From a virus: a stretch of DNA of 23,717 nt. The translations under genes and the position numbers were made by a program. The stretch lies in IMG/VR virus record IMGVR_UViG_3300022902_000077, one strand, 5' to 3'. The notes beneath the pieces are model-generated. The model was not told the origin of the DNA. It did no database searches and saw only the letters and a list, made by a program, of their open reading frames with translations. The number at the start of each line of letters is the position of its first letter. Positions within the stretch are counted from its first letter, which is position 1. This document shows positions 1 through 7,556 of this stretch, piece after piece.

Positions 1-518
1 AACATACCAGCAAGAAATGCTGAATAAGACCAACGTATCCACCTATACTTAACAAGTGCGAGGGTCTTACCGCTAGTATACATTTCATTAGCTAGTGCAT
101 CATATATTGTGTCATCGGTTCGTAGCGTATCAGCATAATTTTCTTTATATTCTTCCACATCCAAATGAGAAAAATGACCAAAATAAAGTGGGTTGAAATG
201 CGGCGATGTTCTATCTAAATTTCCATCTTCATCTTTTGGATAATTGGTGTTTGGTATTATCGCTACTATCGCACACAATAATGATAAAATACAGCAAACT
301 GCAAAGAACATCAACGGATATTTCATTACAGGATTGTCTAATTCCGCAACTGTAACTGAAAACACAATCGCCGAAACTGTAATCATTATGTTGGCTTTTT
401 GATCAGCCATTATATTCAACCGCATCTGATTGGTAACATTCAATCTGAAAATGTTATCTACAGCAGTTCTATCTTCTGGTACATTGTCAAAAAAATTGAC
501 TGATTCTTTACTTTCCAT
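1..518 (-). CDS. Pycsar effector-like membrane protein (PycTM / DUF5706 family), 3' end off-window
   Basis: Hand translation from ATG at 518 is open to the window edge (172 codons): MESKESVNFFDNVPEDRTAVDNIFRLNVTNQMRLNIMADQKANIMITVSAIVFSV...PLMFFAVCCILSLLCAIVAIIP...FNPLYFGHFSHLDVEEYKE...MYTSGKTLALVKYRWIRWSYSAFLAGM. ADxKAN before TM1, P after TM2, NxLYFGHF and KY..(L/I)R.SY..F..G are the motifs I recognise for DUF5706/PycTM. Not in the ORF track. Confidence 0.82.
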   Translation of the reverse strand, partial: MESKESVNFFDNVPEDRTAVDNIFRLNVTNQMRLNIMADQKANIMITVSAIVFSVTVAELDNPVMKYPLMFFAVCCILSLLCAIVAIIPNTNYPKDEDGNLDRTSPHFNPLYFGHFSHLDVEEYKENYADTLRTDDTIYDALANEMYTSGKTLALVKYRWIRWSYSAFLAGM

Positions 519-520
519 CA

Positions 521-1279
521 CTACAATTGACTTTTTAATGTTTCTACATATTTTGTTATAGAATGAGTCAATCCATCCGTTTTTGAAATCAAACCATTAT
601 CGTTATCCGGCCCCCAATCCAACGACACACTATTCACAAAGACCCCTGTATGAAGAAAAGGCCAAGGAGGAGTGAAAGTAACAGGATCTGAATTACGAAC
701 CACACGAAAATGAATTGGTTGTCCTCCAGACAAAACTTGAGTAGATACTTTTGGTGATCCGTAAGAGAAAACTTGAACATTGTGACCTCTTTTATGTAAC
801 CACATTCCTACTATTTGTGCTATCGCACCGCCTAAACTGTGGCCTGTGATATAAACGGTATGTTCTAGTGTGTAGAGTTTTGCATTGTTTACAAAAGTAT
901 TGTCTATGGATTGCATAACATAAGTTGATGCATCTTTAAATCCTTTATGAAGATAAATTCCCAATACGTCATCTTTTACCAATCTTGCATCCAAATCTGC
1001 GAGAACATTATTTTCGTTTGCAGTACCTCTAACAGTGATAATTGTAATACCATTATTCTGTTTTACTTCAAATACAATCTCATCAGTTGAACCATTCTCA
1101 TAAATTGCAGCTGAATACTCTGCGTGTTCAATGAGTGATTCTATTGTAACTGGTAGAGTTGATTTATCACCACTTGTCGCACCCGCCTCTTCGGCACTCT
1201 TCGCACATCCACTAAGAACTAGTATCGTTCCTACTATGATGACTAGATAATTCCTCGCCCTTTTTCCAAGCTGTAGCAC
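521..1279 (-). CDS. Lipoprotein, class-3 lipase (alpha/beta hydrolase)
   Basis: GTG start with GGAG 9 nt upstream; basic n-region, hydrophobic h-region and lipobox LSG|C; VRGT, HKGF, nucleophile elbow GHSLGG, YGSPKV, DPV and a distal His (HSI), typical of Lipase_3. Confidence 0.88.
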   Translation of the reverse strand: MLQLGKRARNYLVIIVGTILVLSGCAKSAEEAGATSGDKSTLPVTIESLIEHAEYSAAIYENGSTDEIVFEVKQNNGITIITVRGTANENNVLADLDARLVKDDVLGIYLHKGFKDASTYVMQSIDNTFVNNAKLYTLEHTVYITGHSLGGAIAQIVGMWLHKRGHNVQVFSYGSPKVSTQVLSGGQPIHFRVVRNSDPVTFTPPWPFLHTGVFVNSVSLDWGPDNDNGLISKTDGLTHSITKYVETLKSQL

Positions 1280-1502
1280 TTAAAATCGCTCCAAATGATA
1301 TGTGAAATATTCCTCCACCTTCTAATGTAAGTGGAATCCAACGTGATGCGTCACAGATTAACCCTTTAGCGACCATCATATTACAATAACTATCCATCTG
1401 AATATTCCAGACAACCGGACCTATGAAAAAATCACATAAGCAAATGAAAAGATAAACGATGGCCGCCCAATCACGCCAAAATCTGTTGATTGTCTTATTC
1501 AC
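1212..1502 (-). CDS. Small membrane protein, putative holin (resembles the phage/GTA 3TM holin-like family)
   Basis: 96 aa, two hydrophobic segments; WRDWAAIVYLFICLCDFFIGP and WIPLTLEGGGIFHISFGAIL resemble the W-R..W.Y..IC.FDF / W.PLTL.G.G.FH pattern of phage proteins annotated as 3TM holins; GTG start overlaps the upstream TAG by 1 nt. Confidence 0.55.
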   Translation of the reverse strand: MNKTINRFWRDWAAIVYLFICLCDFFIGPVVWNIQMDSYCNMMVAKGLICDASRWIPLTLEGGGIFHISFGAILSATAWKKGEELSSHHSRNDTSS

Positions 1503-1843
1503 TATGCTTTCTTATCTGACATAGTAACAAGTGTAAGGATACTTCTTCCAGCTTCAATGGCAGTGTCAACAACCCATTCCAAATTTTCTTCGTCATAATC
1601 CCATTTTTCTCTGACGTATGCGACCAATTCATCATATTCTTCGTCATCAATGTCTGTAATTTCGGGAATAACATCTTCAATATTGTCAACTGCTTCAAAA
1701 AGTTTCTTCACAGGGTCAATGAAATATCTTGCATCTGTCCACGAAAACTTATCATCTGCTTTTGCTTTTCCAATTGCATCTACGAATGAAAAAATGAACT
1801 CCATAACGTCTTTAGTTTCTTTTATACCTTTAACTTCTGCCAT
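1502..1843 (-). CDS. Acidic hypothetical protein (113 aa)
   Basis: RBS AAGGA before ATG; stop overlaps the start of the holin-like gene; no recognisable family. Confidence 0.75.
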   Translation of the reverse strand: MAEVKGIKETKDVMEFIFSFVDAIGKAKADDKFSWTDARYFIDPVKKLFEAVDNIEDVIPEITDIDDEEYDELVAYVREKWDYDEENLEWVVDTAIEAGRSILTLVTMSDKKA

Positions 1844-1866
1844 TCTATTCCTTTATAATTTAATAA

Positions 1867-2115
1867 TTAAGCGAGATTAAATCTTACGATATAATCATTT
1901 ATGTGTTGTTCAGTAGCTACAACACCCTTTGCTTCAACTGCTTTTTTAGCAATTTCTCTAATATCAGTTTTTTCAACTGTCTCTTCAATTTTAGATTCTT
2001 CTTTTTTCGATTCAATTTCATCCAATTCAGATTGAACTATTGAGGATACAAAATCTATAACTGCTTCTTTTTCTTCCAATTCTTCTTTACTCATATTTTT
2101 TTTATTTTTAGGCAT
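1867..2115 (-). CDS. Hypothetical protein (82 aa, Lys/Glu-rich)
   Basis: Co-oriented ORF; start overlaps the deformylase stop by 8 nt. Confidence 0.7.
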   Translation of the reverse strand: MPKNKKNMSKEELEEKEAVIDFVSSIVQSELDEIESKKEESKIEETVEKTDIREIAKKAVEAKGVVATEQHINDYIVRFNLA

Positions 2116-2638
2116 TTTTTTCCTTTTCTTTATTTATTTTATTTAGATACTTAACACGTTTCTTTGTAGCTTGCCTCAACTTATATTTCGTTGCATTTTT
2201 AGTAAAAAGTTCTCCATTCATGTGTTCAGTTTCATGTTGATAAATCATAGATGGAAAACTGGTCAAACTTCCTGCTTCGTGTTCACCATCGAAAATTTGA
2301 TATTGAATAGCAATAGATTCTGCTCTAACAACAGGAAAATAAAGGCCGGGAAAAGACAAACACCCCTCTTTGACATAAGAAGTTTCTTCACTCATTTCCA
2401 AAATTTGAGGATTGAAAGCTATAATCATTTTATTTTCCATCATAAAACCAAAAACTTTAAGAGGTATTCCTATTTGATTTGCTGACAGTCCAACCCCTTT
2501 ATGGTGTATCATGTTTGCAAAAATCTGTTTAGACAATTTCTCAGAGTCAACTTGAGGGTTGTCGAAATCAAATACCTCTGGTATCTCTCTCAAAAAAGGG
2601 TCATCCTCTTTCACTAATTCGCATACTAAATCACTCAC
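2108..2638 (-). CDS. def: Peptide deformylase
   Basis: All three PDF motifs: GVGLSANQIG, EGCLSFP, QHETEHMNG (HEXXH). Confidence 0.93.
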   Translation of the reverse strand: MSDLVCELVKEDDPFLREIPEVFDFDNPQVDSEKLSKQIFANMIHHKGVGLSANQIGIPLKVFGFMMENKMIIAFNPQILEMSEETSYVKEGCLSFPGLYFPVVRAESIAIQYQIFDGEHEAGSLTSFPSMIYQHETEHMNGELFTKNATKYKLRQATKKRVKYLNKINKEKEKNA

Positions 2639-4353
2639 GCTACCTCTATTTTACTAAATTGTTTTTCTTTTAAAAATTTAATCGTTGAACGGAATTTGTC
2701 ATACAAAATTTCACCCTTATGAGAAATCACGAACACATTTGTTTTGTCATCAAGTGTATTGAGTATCTTCAAGAAAGCCTCTGTACCATCAGCATCCAAT
2801 GAAGAGTCGAACACCTCATCTAAAATCAAAAGGTTTGTATTCACACTGTTTTTGAGTTTAGCGACCATTCTCCATGTGAACAGTAATGCTAAGTCAATTC
2901 TCATTTTCTCACCCTCAGAAAAGGAAGAATAAGAAAATTCATCACGATACTGAGATTGTATTGTTTCGTTGAAATTTTCATCAATCGAAAAGTTAATTAG
3001 AAATTCCAGTTCGTTTAAGTATTTATTCACATATTTGTTTATGATGGGAACATACTGTCGAATAATCTTTGTTTTGATACCCGAATCTCTCAGCAACTCA
3101 TTAGCGTAATTATAGAGTTGTTTAGTATCACACTGTTCCTCATAATCTTTTTGTAACTCTTCAAATTCACTCTCTAATAATTGTAACACATTTAACTCGG
3201 AATTGTCAAGTTTTTTCTTATCTTTTAATTCATTGATGTCACTTTTTGTTCTATCAATATTATTTTCTAACGATTGAATTTGAGATTTGGCAGCTGACAA
3301 TTGATTGTTTTTTTCTGAAATCTGTCTAGCAATGTTACGAAATTCATCAAGTTGTATTCTTAGTTGTTCAATTTCAGTTGATATTTTTCCCAATCCATTT
3401 TCTTTTTCTGTAATACTGGTAGACAAACTGGTAATTTTTTCTTCTTTGAACTCATCATCTATGTTCTGTTTACAAGTTGAACAAGTCGAATTCTTTTCAT
3501 AGAACTTGACTTCTTTTTGTTCTTGCTTTAGTTTGATTTCAATTTGATTTTGGAGATTTCCAAACTCAGAATTTTTTGTTTGAACTTTATCCTCGGCAAT
3601 AAGTTTATTGGTCAATGTGCCGATATCATTATGGTATGTGGTGAGAGATTCGATAGCAGTTGTTTTTTGGTCTTCAAAATTTGAAATGTCTGATTCTTTT
3701 TTCAAAATATCGGATTGATTGTCATCTTTGAGTCTTTCGATATAGTTCTTTTGAATCTTTGTTTTGGATACATTCAACTCTCTCTTATTTTCATTATCAT
3801 TTGTATTCGTTTTCAACTCAGAATTCTTTACCTTGAGCAGAATATTCATAGCAGAAAATATTTGAATGTCGAGAAGGTCTTCAACGATTGTTCTACGGTC
3901 TGATTGTTTGAGTTGCATGAATGGTTCAAATGTAGAACTACCCAAAACGACAATCTGAGTGAAAGATTTGTAATTCAATTTGAGAATTACCTTTTCTAAA
4001 TATTCTTGATAATCACGATTGTTTGCCAATTGGTCAAACATCTTACCATCTTGCAGTATCTCAAATACATTTGGTTTGACACCTCTACGAACAGTAAAAT
4101 TCTTATTACCGATAGTGAAATCAATTGTAACCATCAACTTTTTTTCATTGATGGTATTTACTAATTGAGATTTGTTGATGTTACGGAAAGCTTTGCCGAA
4201 TAATCCGAAAGTAAGAGCATCTAAAATTGTTGATTTTCCTGAACCATTTTCGCCGATAATAAGAGTTGTGGGAGACCTATCGAAAAAGACAGTTGTAGGA
4301 ACATCTCCTGTGCTTAGAAAATTACTCCAAGAGATTTTTTTAAAAATTATCAC
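2635..4353 (-). CDS. gp46: gp46 recombination endonuclease subunit (Rad50/SbcC-like ATPase)
   Basis: Walker A GENGSGKST, long coiled coil with CSTC zinc hook, signature FSEGEKMRIDL, Walker B LILDEVFD, ISH. Confidence 0.97.
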   Translation of the reverse strand: MIIFKKISWSNFLSTGDVPTTVFFDRSPTTLIIGENGSGKSTILDALTFGLFGKAFRNINKSQLVNTINEKKLMVTIDFTIGNKNFTVRRGVKPNVFEILQDGKMFDQLANNRDYQEYLEKVILKLNYKSFTQIVVLGSSTFEPFMQLKQSDRRTIVEDLLDIQIFSAMNILLKVKNSELKTNTNDNENKRELNVSKTKIQKNYIERLKDDNQSDILKKESDISNFEDQKTTAIESLTTYHNDIGTLTNKLIAEDKVQTKNSEFGNLQNQIEIKLKQEQKEVKFYEKNSTCSTCKQNIDDEFKEEKITSLSTSITEKENGLGKISTEIEQLRIQLDEFRNIARQISEKNNQLSAAKSQIQSLENNIDRTKSDINELKDKKKLDNSELNVLQLLESEFEELQKDYEEQCDTKQLYNYANELLRDSGIKTKIIRQYVPIINKYVNKYLNELEFLINFSIDENFNETIQSQYRDEFSYSSFSEGEKMRIDLALLFTWRMVAKLKNSVNTNLLILDEVFDSSLDADGTEAFLKILNTLDDKTNVFVISHKGEILYDKFRSTIKFLKEKQFSKIEVA

Positions 4354-4658
4354 TTACCCTCATTAAGAAGCTGTGGTTTATTGCCATGTTCAAATTTATG
4401 TTCTGCTTGTTTTATACTATCTTTCAAAATAATATTGACCATCTTGTTAAAGGTAATATCTCTCTCATGTGCCTGAAGAGCAACCCCCATAAAATCTTCA
4501 TCTGAAAGTTCTATATCAACTGCTGTGTGGGGTGTTTCATCTTTACCAATTTCAACTGATTGAGTCCGATTTCGTTCTTTGGTGAACACATTCACTCTAT
4601 CAGCTCGTTCCTGTCTGTCTCTTTTTCTATCATCTTCATCTTGAGAATAATTTGTCAT
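4350..4658 (-). CDS. Hypothetical protein, possible ribbon-helix-helix DNA-binding domain
   Basis: ORF with 4-nt overlaps on both sides; VDIELSDEDF..VALQAHERDITFNKMVNIIL has a strand-helix-helix pattern (weak inference). Confidence 0.6.
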   Translation of the reverse strand: MTNYSQDEDDRKRDRQERADRVNVFTKERNRTQSVEIGKDETPHTAVDIELSDEDFMGVALQAHERDITFNKMVNIILKDSIKQAEHKFEHGNKPQLLNEGK

Positions 4659-5410
4659 ACTTTCTTTTCCTTTTGAGTTTTGTTATAATCTGATTGGGAT
4701 TGAAATAAAGCATTGAACGAAATACTCCTGCGTTCAGTGTCACCTTCTTCGCAACGATAAGGATATACCATGTGTAGTTGTTTGGCCCCAAAAATAAAAA
4801 AATCACCGACTGTAGGTCTCATTGTTAATGAAGGTTGAGATAACTCCGTATCGTTTGAAGAATTTGACACAAAAGTAATAGCACCATCATCCATATCTCG
4901 GTGGTTTTTTTTGGCCGGTGCAAATTTTGGAACTTTGAGATACATCACACAAGAAAGTTGACATTGAGTATGTATATGAATAGGATTATATTCATTTGGT
5001 TGTTGAGAAACTACCCACATTGATAACATTTGAACTAACCAATTTTCCTTCTGAACTTGTTCTACATTAAATGGATATTGTTGACATTTTATCTGAATTA
5101 CATATTGTTGAATTACATCGTGAAAAAATTCAAATACTCCATCATTCTTCAAAATTTCATGGTCTACTAACAGTTCTGTTTCTATTTGTCCAGCAAGATT
5201 ATGACCATGACTTAAAGATTTTTCATCATCAATTACAAGGTCACTAATATCAATCATTTTTTGTAGGATTTCATCTGGCAATTTCGTATGCATCACTGGA
5301 ACAGACCAAGGCTGTATCATTTTTAATGGCATTTGTAATAGTAACGGATTCGAGTTTCCTTTTTCTTTTTTAGCATCTCTTTCTGCTCGTCTTCGTTCTT
5401 GTCTGTTCAT
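4655..5410 (-). CDS. Putative 2OG-Fe(II) oxygenase
   Basis: EYNPIHIH...LSCVMYLKVP, distal HMVYP and C-terminal RRSISFN match the HxH-type phage 2OG-Fe(II) oxygenase pattern. Confidence 0.8.
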   Translation of the reverse strand: MNRQERRRAERDAKKEKGNSNPLLLQMPLKMIQPWSVPVMHTKLPDEILQKMIDISDLVIDDEKSLSHGHNLAGQIETELLVDHEILKNDGVFEFFHDVIQQYVIQIKCQQYPFNVEQVQKENWLVQMLSMWVVSQQPNEYNPIHIHTQCQLSCVMYLKVPKFAPAKKNHRDMDDGAITFVSNSSNDTELSQPSLTMRPTVGDFFIFGAKQLHMVYPYRCEEGDTERRSISFNALFQSQSDYNKTQKEKKV

Positions 5411-6465
5411 TATACCGTTTCCATTGTCAAAGCTTCACTGTAAAGGTCTTGCATCAATTTATTCAAATCTTCTTTATTTTCCATTTGTAATCCATTTACA
5501 CAATTTTTGATTACACTCATTGTATCTTCAACATCCTCAATTCCATCTATATCATCTCCCAAATCTTCCATATCAAAAAGATTATCTACTACCGAAATAT
5601 TACTAGTTCCAGCATCAACCAACTTATCCATCAAAGTTTCAAACATATAATTATTGTTTTTATTTTCAATAATTATTTTTACATAAGTATCTTCATATTT
5701 TGAGAGATCACCATAATCATTTTTCTCATCGTTGTAATATATCTTATGAAACATCGAATATGGATTTTCTATAAACTCTGTTTCCATTGTTTCTGTATCA
5801 TAGATATGAAATCCTCTTTTGTCGTTATAATCGCTCCATGTTATTTCATAAGGATTTCCAAGATATGTGATATTTCCAGTAGTAGAACGATGATGAAAAT
5901 GACCAGAAAATACTCTTTGGAATGCCTTAAACATCGTTGAGGGATATCCATCCATACTAAAAGAACCCTTGTTCATTTCTATGCCTTCTAAATGTAGATG
6001 ACCAAATGCTGCTTTAGTTCTTGTCTTTTCAATTAGTTCTTTTGTTGCATCTTCATTATCTGCACACATCCAAGGCACAAACAATACCTTATGTTCTTTT
6101 GTCAGAGACACTTCACAAGGATCTGAATAAACCGAAACATTGTTCATTCCTCTTGTCAGTTCTTCCATCGAATTTACTTTGAGAGTGTTCTTATAATAAA
6201 TGTCGTGGTTGCCAACAATGAGTTTAGTGTTTACACCCATTTCTTCTAAAGGATGAAACAATATTTCTTTCATCGAATTGAGCGTCTTGAAGTTGATAAA
6301 TTTCCGTCTATCAACCACATCACCCAAATGTATTACATCGGTGATATCTCTCTCTTTCAGAGTAGGGAAGAATATATTTTCATAGAACTTACGAAAGAAA
6401 TCTAGGAATAGGAGACTATCATTTCTAGCACCGAAATGTGTGTCTGTCAGCAAAGCTATCTTCAT
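5410..6465 (-). CDS. gp47: gp47 recombination endonuclease subunit (Mre11/SbcD-like)
   Basis: TDTHFG, HLGD, GNHD, GHLH, SGHFH metallophosphoesterase motifs. Start placed at 6465 (ATGA overlap with the gp55 stop) rather than 6471. Confidence 0.96.
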   Translation of the reverse strand: MKIALLTDTHFGARNDSLLFLDFFRKFYENIFFPTLKERDITDVIHLGDVVDRRKFINFKTLNSMKEILFHPLEEMGVNTKLIVGNHDIYYKNTLKVNSMEELTRGMNNVSVYSDPCEVSLTKEHKVLFVPWMCADNEDATKELIEKTRTKAAFGHLHLEGIEMNKGSFSMDGYPSTMFKAFQRVFSGHFHHRSTTGNITYLGNPYEITWSDYNDKRGFHIYDTETMETEFIENPYSMFHKIYYNDEKNDYGDLSKYEDTYVKIIIENKNNNYMFETLMDKLVDAGTSNISVVDNLFDMEDLGDDIDGIEDVEDTMSVIKNCVNGLQMENKEDLNKLMQDLYSEALTMETV

Positions 6466-7076
6466 GCACAAGCTCTCATAAAAGAAGTAAGGGGAGATAA
6501 TTCCAAAATTGCATCATCTTTTTTCTTCGACACCACTTTAGGTTTCTTTTTCGCTCTTTTCTTTTCCTCAAACTGATAAATGAAATCATAGATATTAGCC
6601 TGTTTATCAACTGTCATCAAGGTTGCTCCTGCGGCTATACCACTCTGTTCACCAACAGTCATATTTTCCATATCTGAATTGTCTTCGATGGAATTATGAG
6701 CATCCATTTGTTTGTATTTTATATAAAGTTGTTTCTTTTCTTTTTCGATTCTTCTTAGGAAGGCGTAATATATTATCTGTGTGAAATAAGCAAATGGATT
6801 TTTGGATTTCTCAGGATTGAAATTACTTGCGTACATCACACAATTTTCTATTCCATCACTTACCATTTCTTCACGAAATGCATAGTTTATAAAATTGGGT
6901 CTATGAGATAATCTTTCTGCTATTTTGAGGAAACATTCACCTGCGTAATCTGGTAGTTGAGGTTTACGTTCATCTCCGTCATCGACTGACTTGAGATATT
7001 CACCTCTATATTCTCCCATGACTATTAAAAACTTTTCATTGTCTACATAATGTTGTTTTGTTCGTGGTCTAGCCAT
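6462..7076 (-). CDS. gp55: gp55 late-transcription sigma factor
   Basis: HYVDNEKF, Y.GECFLKIAERLSHRPNFINY, EMVSDGIENC, NPFAYFTQIIYYAFLRRIEKEKKQ. Confidence 0.97.
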   Translation of the reverse strand: MARPRTKQHYVDNEKFLIVMGEYRGEYLKSVDDGDERKPQLPDYAGECFLKIAERLSHRPNFINYAFREEMVSDGIENCVMYASNFNPEKSKNPFAYFTQIIYYAFLRRIEKEKKQLYIKYKQMDAHNSIEDNSDMENMTVGEQSGIAAGATLMTVDKQANIYDFIYQFEEKKRAKKKPKVVSKKKDDAILELSPLTSFMRACA

Positions 7077-7111
7077 ATGAATCCTTTAGTGGTAATTGTT
7101 AATAATATACT

Positions 7112-7140
7112 ATTATAACAAGTTATATCGATAAAGTCAA
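7112..7140 (-). promoter_or_regulatory. Sigma70-type (early) promoter driving gp55-gp47-gp46
   Basis: - strand TTGACT (7140-7135), 17-nt spacer, TATAAT (7117-7112), 36 nt upstream of the gp55 ATG. Confidence 0.85.
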
Positions 7141-7173
7141 GTGTTATTTTTTTGTTATTCTGTTAAAAAAGAC

Positions 7174-7202
7174 TTGACTAATTTCTCCGTATCTGGTATA
7201 TT
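7174..7202 (+). promoter_or_regulatory. Sigma70-type promoter firing antisense into the uvsW operon
   Basis: + strand TTGACT (7174-7179), 17-nt spacer ending in TGG (extended -10 TGn), TATATT (7197-7202). Confidence 0.6.
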
Positions 7203-7240
7203 AACTCTGGTGGGTTTGAGATGAAGGTAGTACTGAATTA

Positions 7241-7555
7241 CTAATTGACTAACATACTTGTAACCTCAAATGAATCCATATCTCTGTTTTCTTGTTCATC
7301 TAGTATTTCATCATATATCTTTGACATCTTTTTGGACAGGCTGGTCATTGTCACCACATACTTCGTAGATACAGGAATTATTTCATCATCTGTGTAAGGT
7401 ATCCATTTTGTAAAACGAACTCCTTCTTCGTCTTTTTCAAACACATGAGTTATTTGCACTGGGTGTTTCAGATTAAAAAACCCATCGGTTGGTTTCAAAT
7501 ACACAGCCAGAATTTCTTCTCCTGTTGAAAGTTTGATATATTTTCTTGATGCCAT
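7241..7555 (-). CDS. Hypothetical protein between uvsW and gp55 (possible Sm-like fold)
   Basis: YIKLSTGEEILA...LKHPV...FTKWIPYTDD resembles small ORFs at this position in T4-like marine phages. Confidence 0.75.
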   Translation of the reverse strand: MASRKYIKLSTGEEILAVYLKPTDGFFNLKHPVQITHVFEKDEEGVRFTKWIPYTDDEIIPVSTKYVVTMTSLSKKMSKIYDEILDEQENRDMDSFEVTSMLVN

Positions 7556-7556
7556 A

